61,774 bases of DNA, filler included, from 6 parts of 6 records of this genome joined end to end with filler, not necessarily neighbours in it; one strand, 5' to 3'. Shown: positions 32,015 through 44,077, counted from the whole stretch's first letter. Translations and numbers: made by a program. The notes: a model not told the origin generated them from the sequence alone.

Positions 32015-33138
32015 ATGTTTTTTAAGGATGTAATTGGTCAGCAAGAAACAAAAGAACGATTAGTAAAATCGGTTGATGAACAACGGGTAAGTCATGCTCA
32101 ACTTTATTCCAGCCCTGAGGGGTCTGGCAATTTAGCACTTGCACTTGCGTATGCTCAATATGTTTCATGTTTAAATAAACAAAATGGTGATTCTTGTGGG
32201 AATTGTACGTCTTGCATAAAGTATCAGAAATTAATTCATCCTGATTTACATTTTGTATTCCCAGTAATAAAGACTCCAAAATTTAAGGAACCGGTAAGTG
32301 ATAACTTTATTGAAGAATGGCGGAAGTTGGTTCTTCAAAATGCATATTTTAACCTTGAAGATTGGTTTAATTCCATTGGTGTTGAAAATGCACAGGGATT
32401 GATTTATGCGCATCAAAGCGAAGAGATTATCCGGAAGCTGAGTTTAAAATCATTTGAATCGGAGTATAAGGTCATGATCATTTGGATGCCTGAGAAAATG
32501 CATATTGCCTGTGCGAACAAACTCTTGAAGATGATTGAAGAACCTCCGGTAAAGACTTTGTTTTTGTTGGTGACTGAAAATGAAGAGGCTATTATTTCAA
32601 CCATCCGTTCTCGTTGTCAGTTGGTGAAAATCCCATCGATTGCTTCAGAAGATATGCAGATTGCCTTAGGTAAAATGCCCGAAGCTGAAGGACATGATCT
32701 TCAGAACTTAGTGCATTTGAGTAGGGGAGTTATCGAAAAGCAAGCAATTTGTTAGAACCCAATGAAAGCAGTAAGTATAATTTGGAACGATTTAAAGAAT
32801 TGATGAGATTTACTTACGGTCGAAAGTTTCTGGATTTATTCCAATGGGTTAACGAAATATCCGGAGTTGGAAGAGAACGGCAGAAAATATTTTTGCAATA
32901 TTCCCTTGGGTTGGTTCGAGAAAATTTTGTGAATAACCTGAATAATAAAGATCTGGTTTTTATGGATCAAGAAGAGCAGGCATTTTCTTCCCGGTTTTCA
33001 CCATTTATAAATGAACGAAATATTATTTCCATTTCGGAGGAATTTGAAAAAGCTTTTCAGCACATTTCGATGAATGGCAATCCTCGAATTATCTTCACCG
33101 ATTTATCTTTAAAAGTTGTAAAACTTATTCGGAAGTGA
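32015..33138 (+). CDS. holB: DNA polymerase III delta' subunit, frameshifted near 32725
   Basis: CGNCTSC, HPDLHF, NKLLKMIEEPP, TIRSRCQ; ORF 32749-33138 supplies the C-terminus. Confidence 0.88.
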
Positions 33139-35952
33139 TTAATCTAGATAGTTGTAAACTAGTTCCAGAATTTGTTTGATGTTGATTGGTTTGGAAATAT
33201 AGTTGTCGCATTTTGCATCTAAACACCTTTGTTTCTCTTCAAGCATAGCATACGCTGTTTGTGCAATAATTGGTCCTTCAAATCCCATTTCCCTAATTTT
33301 AAATGTTGCGTCAATCCCATTCAAAACTGGCATGTTAATGTCGATCAAGATTAAGTCAGGAGTTTTTGACTTGATAGCTTCAACCAGCAATTGTCCATTT
33401 TCAAAATGCTCAATTTTTGCGTCTGTATGCCTTAATACTTCATTTAGAAATAAGAAAGAAGGATAATCATCTTCAGCAATGAAAATTAATTTATTAGTTA
33501 GTTTTTTGTTTTGATTAAAAACGGAGTCTTTTTCTAATCCATTAGTTGGCAGGTTTGCATCCCATGGAATTTTGAGGAAGAACGATGAGCCTTTCCCTTC
33601 TACAGAATCAAACCATACCTCGCCTCCCAGTAAATTTGCAATTCCTTTTGTAATGCTTAGACCTAATCCTGTTCCTCCATGTTTTTGCTGATTCCCAATT
33701 TGCATGAATCGACCAAAGATTTGTTCCTTGAATTTTTCAGGAATACCAACACCACTATCTTTCACATAAAAAACCAAAAACTCATTCTTCTCATCAATTT
33801 TGTGAATCCCAAATTCGATTTTACCTGAAGATGTGTTTTTAAATGCATTTGTAATTAAATTGTCAAAGAGTTGTTTAAGTCGGATTGGATCAGTGTGTAT
33901 GTTCATCTTGGAGTTGATCGTTTTCATGTTTAACGAAAAATCCAGTTTTGGTTTATTGATCCTTAGAATGCTTTTATCGTGGTAGTTGTGTGTTTTGTTT
34001 AAAAATTCAGAGACATTTACAATTGATTTTTTAATTTGTAATTGGTTGGATTCGATTTTGGCGATATCAATAATGTCATCAATGATTCGCAAAAGGTGTT
34101 CACCTGCAGTTTGAATAAGGCCACTGAATTTAGTTCTTTTTGAATATTCAAGATCTTCATAGGTGAGTAAGTTCGAGAATCCAATAATGCTATTCATTGG
34201 AGTTCTTATTTCATGAGACATATTTGCTAAAAAGGCAGACTTGAGATGATCACTCTCTTCAGCTTGTTGTTTTGCATCTTTTAATTCAGTATTGAGTTTT
34301 CTTAATTTGCTTAGTATTGATTTAAGCTCCAGATTGCTTTCAATGAGTTGATTTTGAAGTGTTTTTTGATCAGTAATATTGCTTAGAATGTACATCGTTT
34401 TATTTCCAATATGAGACCATCTAAATTGAACAAATTTTTTTAAATTATTTTTACAGCTAATTGTTGCGTCAAAGGGTGTGTTTGAATTGTTCCCAATATT
34501 ATTGGTATTTACATCATTCCACATTTGTCTAATTTCTTCGCGGTAGCCAGCATCGGGGTATGCTTCTTTCCACCAATCATCAATATGTTTGATTTCGTTT
34601 ATAGTGTATCCAAAAACACGAGTAAATTCTTTATTCAGATATTCAACATTTCCTTCTTCATTAAGAATGGCGATAGATACCGGAGAGTTGTCAATTAGGT
34701 TTCGTAATCCTTTTTGGCTTATGCTGAGTTGTTTTGCAATTCGGGTTTGTTTCGTGATGTCTGTTAGAGAGCCAACAATCGAAACCGTTTTGCCATCTTT
34801 AACAACTGGTGTTTCCCTAACTTCTACACGAACCAATGACCCATTTTTATGTACCAGTTCTACTTCATATGCTTCTTGGGTTTCACCAGTTTCAATGGCT
34901 CTGTTAGTAATCTCAAGAGCTTTTTTATTAATTGGATCATTAGAGGCTAGTTGTGTCCATTTAATCATTATCTCCTCTGGGGTGTAACCAACCATTTTCT
35001 CTATTTGTGGGCTAAAATAGGTAAGCATATGATCTGGAGTATGAGCATAAAATGCATTTGTACTATGATTAATAATGTTGCTCAGTTGTTCTTCTCTTTT
35101 TTGAATAATTTCTCTACTCTCTTTTCGTTCGGTAATATCTAAAGAAGAACAGATCATTCCATCAAATTTGTTTTTTTTGACTATCGGAATTAACCAGCCG
35201 GTTTGTGTTATATAACGGTTTCCCAGGTTTTTAACTTTGGCTTCATACTCGGTCGCTTGAAGTTCTTTTTTAGCTTTCAAGTAGAATTTTTTAAGTTCTG
35301 AAATGTATTCATTAGGATAATCGGTTAATATATTGTTCCCGATCAGGTCTGCCTTGGTTCCACCCATAATTTTGGTCATCCCAATATTTGTGTAGTAAAT
35401 GGTATCATTTTTATCGGATACCCAAACGCCTTCTTTAACTGTCTCCAGAAGGTTTTCGTAAAAATCTTTGGTTTTGGTGAGTTCTTCTTTTGATTGATGA
35501 AATATCGTTGAATCAACGAATGTTACTGCAAAATGATCTTTTTTACAGGAAAACGCATTTACTTGATAGTATCGGTTAAGTTCTGAGGAATAATTTTCAA
35601 ATCGAATTGGTTGTCCTGATTTTGCGACATGCCCATATCTTTTAATCCATGAATCCTCCAGATCAGGTAGAACATCTAATGCAGATTTACCAATAATATT
35701 TTCTCGCTTTAAACCAGTAAGTGTTTCAAATGCACGGTTTGCCTCGAGAAATACATAGTCAACAGGATTTTCATTTTCATCATACACCATCTTATGAAAA
35801 GCATAACCCGCAGCCATTTCGTTGGATAGTACATTTAGTTGATGTTTGGTAGCATTAAGCTCCTTTTTAAGTTCTTCAAGCTCAGATATCTCATTTTCAT
35901 GAGATACACGTTCACTCTTTTTACTAGGCATTTTCAGGTTTTTAAAAATCAA
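33139..35952 (-). CDS. Cytoplasmic multi-PAS hybrid histidine kinase/response regulator
   Basis: About four PAS repeats, FLANMSHEIRTPMN, NLITNAFK, GTGLGLSI, C-terminal LIDINMP receiver. Confidence 0.92.
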   Translation of the reverse strand: MIFKNLKMPSKKSERVSHENEISELEELKKELNATKHQLNVLSNEMAAGYAFHKMVYDENENPVDYVFLEANRAFETLTGLKRENIIGKSALDVLPDLEDSWIKRYGHVAKSGQPIRFENYSSELNRYYQVNAFSCKKDHFAVTFVDSTIFHQSKEELTKTKDFYENLLETVKEGVWVSDKNDTIYYTNIGMTKIMGGTKADLIGNNILTDYPNEYISELKKFYLKAKKELQATEYEAKVKNLGNRYITQTGWLIPIVKKNKFDGMICSSLDITERKESREIIQKREEQLSNIINHSTNAFYAHTPDHMLTYFSPQIEKMVGYTPEEIMIKWTQLASNDPINKKALEITNRAIETGETQEAYEVELVHKNGSLVRVEVRETPVVKDGKTVSIVGSLTDITKQTRIAKQLSISQKGLRNLIDNSPVSIAILNEEGNVEYLNKEFTRVFGYTINEIKHIDDWWKEAYPDAGYREEIRQMWNDVNTNNIGNNSNTPFDATISCKNNLKKFVQFRWSHIGNKTMYILSNITDQKTLQNQLIESNLELKSILSKLRKLNTELKDAKQQAEESDHLKSAFLANMSHEIRTPMNSIIGFSNLLTYEDLEYSKRTKFSGLIQTAGEHLLRIIDDIIDIAKIESNQLQIKKSIVNVSEFLNKTHNYHDKSILRINKPKLDFSLNMKTINSKMNIHTDPIRLKQLFDNLITNAFKNTSSGKIEFGIHKIDEKNEFLVFYVKDSGVGIPEKFKEQIFGRFMQIGNQQKHGGTGLGLSITKGIANLLGGEVWFDSVEGKGSSFFLKIPWDANLPTNGLEKDSVFNQNKKLTNKLIFIAEDDYPSFLFLNEVLRHTDAKIEHFENGQLLVEAIKSKTPDLILIDINMPVLNGIDATFKIREMGFEGPIIAQTAYAMLEEKQRCLDAKCDNYISKPINIKQILELVYNYLD

Positions 35953-36164
35953 TTTAATTTATTTTTCTCTAATTAGCGATAGATAGGCATGTGTTTAACA
36001 AAAGGTTCAATCTGTGATGGCAAGTTGCAGTATGTTGGAATCAGTATGTGTTGTAGAAACCTTTCCATCCTTTACAGCTTGCTTTGTATGTCGGTATTAA
36101 TGTGTATTTTTGTACACATTTCTTACTGTTTTGGAATTTATAGACAGTATTTTGATACTTTATT

Positions 36165-36739
36165 ATGGATGAAAATTTATCGATTGACCGAGGATGTTGT
36201 AAGAGACAGGCTGGAACTTGCTCTAAGCTTGAAGTTTATGATTGGTTGGGTGATGTAATCAATCTTTCCAATCAGGATGACATTGTTGAGGTTAGGTTTA
36301 AAAATACACGTAAAGATTTTTTCAGGAATGTAAATAACCTGAAACTTAAATCAGGTGATATCGTAGCTGTAGAGTCAAGCCCTGGACATGACATTGGGAT
36401 TGTTACTCTCGTAGGTGATTTGGTTAAGTCGCAAATGAAAAAACATAAGGCTACGCTGGTAAATGGTGAACTTCGAAAAATATACCGAAAGGCTAAACAA
36501 GTTGATATAGATAAGTGGAAAGAGGCAATGAGCCTTGAACACAATACCATGATTAAGTCGAGGCAGATTACTGCCGATCTAGAACTTAATATGAAGATTG
36601 GTGATGTTGAATATCAGGGAGATCGAACTAAAGCTATTTTTTATTATATCGCCGATGAACGAGTAGATTTTAGGCAGCTGATTAAAGTGCTGGCTGAGAC
36701 TTTTCGTATTCGTATTGAAATGAAACAGATTGGTGCCCG
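36165..36739 (+). CDS. ricT: RicT/YaaT (PSP1) family protein, 3' truncated
   Basis: VEVRFKNTRK, YYIADERVDFRQLIK, RIEMKQIG. Confidence 0.85.
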
Positions 36740-36839
36740 NNNNNNNNNNNNNNNNNNNNNNNNNNNNNNNNNNNNNNNNNNNNTTAATTAATTAANNNNN
36801 NNNNNNNNNNNNNNNNNNNNNNNNNNNNNNNNNNNNNNN
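36740..36839. other. Artificial contig spacer
   Basis: N-run, TTAATTAATTAA, N-run. Confidence 0.97.
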
Positions 36840-36926
36840 CCGACACCTTAAACTTGAAGCAACACTAGTTCATTGGATTTGATCTTCGATTGAATTCGCT
36901 TTGAAAACGTCGTGTATCTGCACTCG

Positions 36927-38283
36927 TCAGGATTGTGGAACAGCCACCAGTGTGGATGCCGGTACCAGTTTGGCCGATTTTTTCAAGGCCGCGGCTTCTT
37001 GTTCCAGCGCAAGCACCGTGGCGGGATAAGGATGGCCGATGCCGATGGCTGTACGGTGTCTTTCTGCCCGCTTCACCAGCTTTTTCAATTGCTTTCGGAT
37101 GTAGGAAACGTCCTGGATATTATCCAGAAATACATCCCTTCGTGCAAACGGGAGCTGAAACAGATGGGCCGCTTCACTGCATCGCGAGTGTTTGGTGGTG
37201 TAGCTGTCGATAAAAAAGAGATTCCGTCTTTTCAAAAGCGTGAAAATTTGATGCATCTGAGGGGATAGGGGGGTGATGGCCGATCCCATGTGGTTGTTCA
37301 CTCCCGTGATGTAGGGAACACTATCCAGATTTTTCCGGAGGGTGTTCAGCAACTCATCCGGTGTCATGGATGATAAAATGGCCCCCGGACCGGGATCCAC
37401 TTCCGGATATTCCGCAGGCTCCATGGGAAGATGGAGCATCAGCTCAGCCCCTTTGCTATGAAGGACCCGGGCGGTTTTCACGGCAAAGGGGGCGGCCGGA
37501 AGAATGGACATGGTGATATTCAGATCGAGATTTGCCAGTCGGCTTGCCGTTTTTGTGTCAAAGCCGATGTCGTCAATGATGATGGCAATCTGTGGGCCGT
37601 CGGGATTGCTTTCCGCGCTTTTCTTTGTCTGCGTCGGTTTTATATTTTGGGATGTCGATGATGGGGTGGATGGTTTTGGTTTGTCCGGGACAGCCGGCGT
37701 TGGGGGATGCGCCGGCGCATCATCAAACACTTCGAAGATGGGAAATGGGTGATGGGTCATTCCGGCATGTTTGCTCAGTTTTTTTCTGCTGCTTTTTTTT
37801 TGAGATGCGGTTGGGGGGTGTCGGTTGTTGAAAAATAGTGTGTCGATTCCTGCTGATCCTGTTTTGTCCGGTTTTCGGGGCCTGACGTGGTCTGGTCCGA
37901 AATCTCCGGGAGCCGGGTTAAGTAGATATCAATGCCCATGGCAACCATGCCCACAATGCAAAGCAGCAGGAAGATGGCGATGAAGCCCTTTTTAAACTCA
38001 TGACGTATGGATGGAGAAGATGTCGAGGGGCTTTTTTTCCTCGACCGGATTTGGATGCGGAAGATGACCGGCGACTCTTCTTAGTCGATGACTTTCCGGG
38101 CGATGTTGATTTCGGTTTCGGTTTTGACGGAGATGCGTCAGATGATTTGGCGTTGGTGCTGCGTTTCCGTTTCCGGGGAGAAGAGGGGGCCTTCTCCCCT
38201 TTCGTATCAGTGGATGTTTTTCTTTTTTTGGAAGCGGGCTCTTTTTTTGATGAGCCCTCTGATTTTTTTTTCGAAGCTGCCAT
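36927..38283 (-). CDS. Divergent polysaccharide deacetylase (YibQ-like) with a Lys/Ser-rich N-terminus and a TM helix; frameshifted
   Basis: IAIIIDDIG, MLHLPMEP, GVNNHMGS, RDVFLD, IGIGHP; ORF 37918-38283 is the probable N-terminus, 5 bp after ctpA. Confidence 0.8.
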
Positions 38284-38288
38284 TCGTG

Positions 38289-39683
38289 TTATTTCAGTTC
38301 TTGAAACAGATCATATCCGATCAAAAGATCAAGAGCGCGTTGCACCTGGGAATCTTTTTTCATTTTTTCGATATCCACAAGGCCGGAACTGGAGGCCTCT
38401 TCTCCTTGTTTCTTTTTCTTTTCAGTACTCTGAGGCGCTTTTTTCTTCCCGGATGCTTTGCGATTCGGTGTGATCTCCGGCTCAAGATGGTTTTTCAGAT
38501 CTTTTTCCCGCATCATTCGAGCCATGGGAGAGAGGAGGGCGTCTTCATCCTCTTCCGCATCTTCCAGCAGGTAGTAAGGGACCTCGATGTCCGGCCGGAT
38601 ACCTTGGGCCTGAATGGAGCGATCATTGGGGGTGTAATATCTGGCAATGGTATATTTCAATCCGAACCCGTCCCGAAGCGGTCGCACACTTTGAACCGAG
38701 CCTTTTCCAAATGAGGTGGTTCCCAGGATCAGACCGCGTTTGTGATCCTGAAGCGCACCTGCCACGATCTCAGACGCACTGGCACTCCCACTGTTGATCA
38801 ACACCACCAGGGGATAGGTCCGATCATCATGGGTGCGATGGGCCTCAAAGATTTCCGTATGTGTGTCAAAGCGCCCCTTGATGGAGACAATCACCCCTTT
38901 TTCAAGGAAAATATCCGAGATTTCCACGGCTTGGCTCAGAAGACCACCGGGGTTGTTTCTCAGGTCAAGAATCAGCCCTTTTAAGGATTTCTTTTCCCCT
39001 TCCAGCTTTGCCAGGGTCTCCTTGATTTCATCTGCGGTATTGTTTCTGAAGTTGGTGACCCACAGATAGCCGTATCCCGGGGCAATGGTCGCACTTCTGA
39101 CGCTGTTCATGGGGATGATGTCCCGGATCAGTTTATATTCCAACGGATCGGTCTCCCCTTCCCGGATAATGGTGATCTCGACGGGGTCGCCCCTTGGGCC
39201 CCGCATGCGTTTGACGCTTTCCCACAGGGCCAGGTCGGTGGTGGATTCGCCATCGATTTTGATGATGACGTCTCCGGCCTGAATTCCTGCTTTGTACGCC
39301 GGGGTCCCTTCGATGGGGGAGATGACGGTCAAAAGTCCTTTTTTCATTGAGATGACAATGCCGATGCCGCCGAATTCCCCTTTGGTGTCATCCTGGAGTT
39401 CGTCAAATGCTTCCGGCGGCATGAACGTGGAGTGGGGGTCGAGATTGCCCACCATCCCCTTGATGGCATTTCGGATCAGCTCCTCACCATCCACCTCATC
39501 CACATAATTCTCTTCAAGCTCATCAAGAACATCGGCGAAGAGTTTCAGAGCCTCGTAGGTCTTTTCCGTCCGGGTGCCTGCAAGGCCGGGTTTACAATGC
39601 CCACCAACGGCGATCAGCATCACCACCATCGCTAAAAGCGTCAGTCGGCAGTAACGCGCCATTCGCCAGAATTTCTTTTTCAT
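38289..39683 (-). CDS. ctpA: S41 carboxyl-terminal protease
   Basis: LDPHS, PDZ GGIGI, DLRNNPGG, SASASEI, SFGKGSVQ. Confidence 0.92.
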   Translation of the reverse strand: MKKKFWRMARYCRLTLLAMVVMLIAVGGHCKPGLAGTRTEKTYEALKLFADVLDELEENYVDEVDGEELIRNAIKGMVGNLDPHSTFMPPEAFDELQDDTKGEFGGIGIVISMKKGLLTVISPIEGTPAYKAGIQAGDVIIKIDGESTTDLALWESVKRMRGPRGDPVEITIIREGETDPLEYKLIRDIIPMNSVRSATIAPGYGYLWVTNFRNNTADEIKETLAKLEGEKKSLKGLILDLRNNPGGLLSQAVEISDIFLEKGVIVSIKGRFDTHTEIFEAHRTHDDRTYPLVVLINSGSASASEIVAGALQDHKRGLILGTTSFGKGSVQSVRPLRDGFGLKYTIARYYTPNDRSIQAQGIRPDIEVPYYLLEDAEEDEDALLSPMARMMREKDLKNHLEPEITPNRKASGKKKAPQSTEKKKKQGEEASSSGLVDIEKMKKDSQVQRALDLLIGYDLFQELK

Positions 39684-39684
39684 G

Positions 39685-40950
39685 TTACGCTCCTTTTTTC
39701 AGCCATTTCATGGGATCCACAGGGGTGCCGTGATGCCTGACTTCAAAGTGAAGATGAACCCCCTTCATCGATCCGGTATCTCCGGCTGTGGCAATCACCT
39801 CACGAGTCGCCACCCGTGATCCTTTTTGTTTAAACCGCTCTTCAAGATGGGCATACAATGTATAATAGCTGTTTCCATGGTCAATGATTATTACGTTTCC
39901 ATAGCCTCTCAGCCATTGAGAGTAGACCACCGTTCCTTTGAAAATCGATTTGACCGGTTCTCCTCTATCCGTACTTATATCAATTCCGCTTTGAAATGTG
40001 AAGGTACTGTAGTCATTGTTCTTTTCCGGCCCGAACTTAGATATGATGCGTCCATTTACCGGCATGTCAAGCGTGCCTGCAATGGCATCGAATGGAGAGG
40101 ATGGGCGCTTGATTTGACCTAGAGTCTTTTTTTCAATGTTTTGCCGGCTCAGATTCTTATGAGCCATGGCACGCAATCTTCTGTTTAGATCGGCTGCCGC
40201 CTTTTTCAGTGCCGCCATGGCAGCCAGGTGCAATGTTTTCTCTTTTTTTATTTTTTCAAGCAGTTTTTGCTGTTTTTTCCCTTCCCTTTTCAGGGCATGC
40301 ATTTCCGCTGTGAACGCCTTTTCAAGACGTTTTTTTTCCTCGGCTTCGATCTGTAATGCCGCTTCAAGGGCTTGCAGCTCGGATAATTGGGTTTGCCGGA
40401 TCTCCAACAGATCCACATCTTTGTTGATGATGGTGGACAAGGCACGATGTCTTGCCACCTGTTCAATCAGTCGTTTGGGGGGCGGAAAAGGGGTGTGTTG
40501 CTTCATCAGCTTGACTCGATACAGGGCATTGAGTCGCAGCTTTAAATACCCCTCATTCTCCTTTAACGCCTTTTTCAACACCTCTTTTCGCCCATGAAGC
40601 TGATGGAGCTTCCCGGCTTGATCATCCAATTCTTGACCGATGGCCGATGTTTTCAAACGGGTTTCGTTTAACCGGCGCTCGATGGCTTCCAGTTCTTCCA
40701 GCACACTGTCTGTCTGATAGTCCGTCCGTTTGATGACAAGCGCTTTGGCTTTGATTTTTTCTTGGAGGGACTTTGCCTCCTTCGCGTTCCTCTCAAAGGC
40801 CGTGGCAATTGAACTTTCACCCATCGGCCAAGGAGAGTCCGATGCGGAGATTGGGAAATGAAAGAAGAAAACGATAAAAAAGAAAAAGATCAATGATGCC
40901 TGCATTACGGTTTCAAGTGTTTGCTTAATGAGAGAAAACAGCCGGTCCAC
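39685..40950 (-). CDS. envC: EnvC-like murein hydrolase activator (coiled coil + M23)
   Basis: Long coiled coil, GYGNVIIIDHG, LHFEVR; follows ftsEX. Confidence 0.85.
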   Translation of the reverse strand: MDRLFSLIKQTLETVMQASLIFFFFIVFFFHFPISASDSPWPMGESSIATAFERNAKEAKSLQEKIKAKALVIKRTDYQTDSVLEELEAIERRLNETRLKTSAIGQELDDQAGKLHQLHGRKEVLKKALKENEGYLKLRLNALYRVKLMKQHTPFPPPKRLIEQVARHRALSTIINKDVDLLEIRQTQLSELQALEAALQIEAEEKKRLEKAFTAEMHALKREGKKQQKLLEKIKKEKTLHLAAMAALKKAAADLNRRLRAMAHKNLSRQNIEKKTLGQIKRPSSPFDAIAGTLDMPVNGRIISKFGPEKNNDYSTFTFQSGIDISTDRGEPVKSIFKGTVVYSQWLRGYGNVIIIDHGNSYYTLYAHLEERFKQKGSRVATREVIATAGDTGSMKGVHLHFEVRHHGTPVDPMKWLKKGA

Positions 40951-40951
40951 C

Positions 40952-41868
40952 CTAAAAAAATCCCACTTGCAATGATGGCTGGAATGGATAGGGGGAGAGA
41001 AACGTTATCTGAGTGGCAATCAATGATGGGGATGAGGTGACGGCCTGTACGACATGGGATGCAGTGATACTCTTTAAAAGCGCTGCATCGATGGTGGTTG
41101 TGGAGAGCCGGAAGAAGAGCCCCAGCGTGAGAAGACCGATGAGTGCCCCAACGCCTCCCTGGATCATGGATGCAATATAAAAAGGAATGGCCATGAAACG
41201 TTCCGTGGCTCCCACAAGGCGCATGATGGTAAACTCCTCATGTCGCGCAAAAAGAGTGAGTTTGACCGTGTTCCCCACAACAAAAAGAATCACTAGGAAA
41301 AAGAGGCTCATGACGACGTACCCGGAGAGAGCAAACATGGATTGGATATTGGTTAAGCTGTTCAGCCAGGTTTCCCCATAGGCCACCGATTCCACATATT
41401 CGAATTGAGAAAGATAGTCTGCAAAGTCCTTGATATCCCTTATGTTTGGGGACGAAGCCGTATCTTCATTTTTAAGATCTTCAACCGCCATGGTCACGAT
41501 GAATGCATCGGGTAGGGGATTCCCTTCAAGGTGATTCAAGTAAGTTGTTCCCGGCGGGAGGTCCTTTTTCAGGTCTGCCAGAGCCTCTGATTTTGAGATA
41601 AAGCGCACCTGATGGGTCAACGTCGCTTCAGTGAGTCGCGTTCGGACAAGTTCGATCTCATTTTTTTCCAGACCGGCATTGAGATAGACGATGACTTCTC
41701 CCCCCGGCTCCATGAATGGATCAATCGGCTGCCGTTTTCATAAAAGAGTATCAACGTTCCCATCATGAGGGTACATAGGGAAATGGTGAGAATGGTCATC
41801 AGATTGAGCAGTCGATTGGCAGCCATATCCTGAAGCGCTTTTTCCGTATAAAAAATGAGGGATTCCAT
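40952..41868 (-). CDS. ftsX: Cell division permease FtsX, frameshifted near 41705
   Basis: TM N-terminus in ORF 41617-41868; NPLP, NTVKLT..RHEE..IMRLVGAT. Confidence 0.85.
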
Positions 41869-41880
41869 GATTTGAGCGTG

Positions 41881-42642
41881 TTACCCTTGATCTTTCCGAT
41901 GGTGTCGCTGTTGTTTACTTTGAGAACGCTTTGATTCCTTTTGCCCGCCGGATGGTATCGAAGCGGCGGACTCCCGGACAATCCGGCCATTGTCCAAATG
42001 GATCCGTCGCCCACGTCCCGTGGTGTTGATGAGATGCAGGTTATGGCTGGCGATGAGGATGGTGACCCCTTTGTCATTGTATGATGTCAGCAGGTTGAAA
42101 ATGACTTTGGCAGAGTCGTAATCAAGACTTCCTGTCGGCTCGTCGGCAATAATAATGGAGGGGTCGCCGACCACGGCACGGGCAAATGCCACCCGTTGTT
42201 GTTCTCCCCCGGAAAGAGAGGGAGGGAAGGCATGGATTTTTCGAACCATGCCTGTGGTGCGAAGCACTTGAAGGACTCTCTGGCGAATGTCGGCTTTTTT
42301 TACGCCTGCCACCTCCAGCACCAGTGCGACATTGTCGAAAACGGTACGGGTCGGGATTAATTTAAAATCCTGGAATACCACGCCAAGCCGTCTTCGCAAA
42401 TAGGGCATGCGATCGGGGGAGATCCTGGCAAGGTTCATTCCATTCACCACAATCTGCCCTTCGGTTGCGGTTTCATCCAGGTAGAGAAGCCTTAACAGGG
42501 TTGATTTTCCTGCCCCGGAGGCTCCTGTGATGAATAGGAACTCCCCAGCCTCGATGTCTAAGCTCACCTGTTTTAATGCATGGAGATTTCCATACTGTTT
42601 CGTGACATTGAAGCATCGGATGATGGGAGTCTTTTTTTCCAT
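41881..42642 (-). CDS. ftsE: Cell division ATPase FtsE
   Basis: [32 protein letters not shown]. Confidence 0.92.
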   Translation of the reverse strand: MEKKTPIIRCFNVTKQYGNLHALKQVSLDIEAGEFLFITGASGAGKSTLLRLLYLDETATEGQIVVNGMNLARISPDRMPYLRRRLGVVFQDFKLIPTRTVFDNVALVLEVAGVKKADIRQRVLQVLRTTGMVRKIHAFPPSLSGGEQQRVAFARAVVGDPSIIIADEPTGSLDYDSAKVIFNLLTSYNDKGVTILIASHNLHLINTTGRGRRIHLDNGRIVRESAASIPSGGQKESKRSQSKQQRHHRKDQG

Positions 42643-42755
42643 AATTTGGGTGATCTATTTGGGTGGGAGTCAACCGATATAAAACCGGAAGGGCGATCGT
42701 GTGAAACTATGCGTATCCACAGCCAATTTCTCTTGATACATATTGTTTGTCCGGT

Positions 42756-42784
42756 TTGACTCCCCCGGCATTTACTGTTATATT
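42756..42784 (+). promoter_or_regulatory. Sigma70-like promoter upstream of pyrE
   Basis: TTGACT, 17 bp spacer, TATATT with extended -10 TG at 42776-42777. Confidence 0.55.
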
Positions 42785-42830
42785 CGCCCCGTTGTCAAGG
42801 AGTGCCGAAAAACGGTTTTCCTTACACAGG

Positions 42831-42879
42831 GCCTTCACTGAATCCCGCATCACGGCTTCTTCCATCAGTGAAGGCTTTT
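42831..42879 (+). terminator. Terminator-like hairpin in the pyrE leader
   Basis: GCCTTCACTGA / TCAGTGAAGGC 11-bp arms followed by TTTT. Confidence 0.45.
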
Positions 42880-42947
42880 AAGTAAAAAATGTTCATTTGG
42901 CAGTCATCAGTCATCTGGACTTATACCGAAACTAAGGATAAAATCAA

Positions 42948-43511
42948 ATGAAAAAACAATTGATTGAACTTCTGTGCCAAAAGGCCTTTAAATATAGTGA
43001 ACAGGCTGAGTTCAAGCTGGCATCCGGAGCCATGAGTCATTTCTATGTCAACTGCAAACCGGTGACCCTGAGTCCTGAAGGGATGTTTCTGGTGGGCCAT
43101 CTGATGTTCCGGGCCATCCGTGAGAGCAACGTGACCGGTGTGGGCGGTTTGACGTTTGGCGCCGATCCCATTGCGGTGGCTACGGCGTTTGCATCTCAGC
43201 TTGAAAACGCGCCGATTAAGGCCTTCTCCATCCGTAAAGAGCAAAAAGATCACGGGATGATCAAGTGGGTGGAGGGAGACATGGAAGCGGGTGAAAAGGT
43301 GACCATTATCGATGATGTCGTGACCACTGGGGGATCCACGGTCAAAGCCGTTGAACGGGCGCGTTTGCAGGGGCTTGACGTGGTGCAGGTCGTCACATTG
43401 GTCGATCGGCAGGAAGGGGGGATGTCGACGATCCGGGAGCATGTGGATAATGTGTCCGCCATCGTACTCAGGGATGAACTCATGGACACCATGAAATCGC
43501 GTAAAGTATAA
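42948..43511 (+). CDS. pyrE: Orotate phosphoribosyltransferase
   Basis: [31 protein letters not shown]. Confidence 0.92.
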   Translation: MKKQLIELLCQKAFKYSEQAEFKLASGAMSHFYVNCKPVTLSPEGMFLVGHLMFRAIRESNVTGVGGLTFGADPIAVATAFASQLENAPIKAFSIRKEQKDHGMIKWVEGDMEAGEKVTIIDDVVTTGGSTVKAVERARLQGLDVVQVVTLVDRQEGGMSTIREHVDNVSAIVLRDELMDTMKSRKV

Positions 43512-43618
43512 GGATAATGAACGGTATCATATAATTCGTCTTGACTTTTTTTTCATGACGATAAAAATACGTTTGACATTGAATTTTATTGATTTATCGG
43601 TCCGCAAGGAGGAAAAAC

Positions 43619-43945
43619 GTGACCATCACAAAGCGATACTTAAAGACAAAACCCATTTGCAAAACAAAATTTACCATTCCCAAAAGCGAAGCGGGAAATG
43701 CCCAAAAAGCCTACCTTGTCGGTGATTTCAACAGCTGGGATATTAAATCTCTTCCCATGCAGCAGTTGAAAAACGGAGATTTTACCATCTCCATCGATCT
43801 ACCTTGCGGAAGAGCGTATCATTTCAAATATTTGATGGATGGAATCACTTGGCGGAACGATCCCAAAGCCGATGATCATGTGCCCTCTCCCTACCTTGAT
43901 TCCGACAACTGTGTGGTTCAAATTGACAGCTATTCAAATGCGTGA
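43619..43945 (+). CDS. Isoamylase early-set/CBM48-like glycogen-binding domain protein
   Basis: LVGDFNSW, YHFKYLMDG..W.NDPKAD; GGAGG then GTG at 43619. Confidence 0.8.
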   Translation: MTITKRYLKTKPICKTKFTIPKSEAGNAQKAYLVGDFNSWDIKSLPMQQLKNGDFTISIDLPCGRAYHFKYLMDGITWRNDPKADDHVPSPYLDSDNCVVQIDSYSNA

Positions 43946-44077
43946 GGTTTTTCCCTGGTGTTGAGCCTCTTTTTTGCCGAAGCATTTTGAAGTGATTCGA
44001 CAGGATCTGGCAGGCTTATGGGAATGCGTGACGTATAATCGAAAATACCCTATTTTCAGCGAAGCAGGAGATATTCA

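Noticed and set aside
32015-33138. holB (also ftsX, fnlB and the CitE-like gene) as pseudogenes or programmed frameshifts
   Set aside because: Single-base breaks at homopolymer runs in otherwise intact, often essential genes, across unrelated contigs, point to sequencing error
37918-38283. Lys/Ser-rich ORF as a histone-like protein
   Set aside because: Position and a downstream TM segment indicate it is the frameshifted N-terminus of the divergent polysaccharide deacetylase
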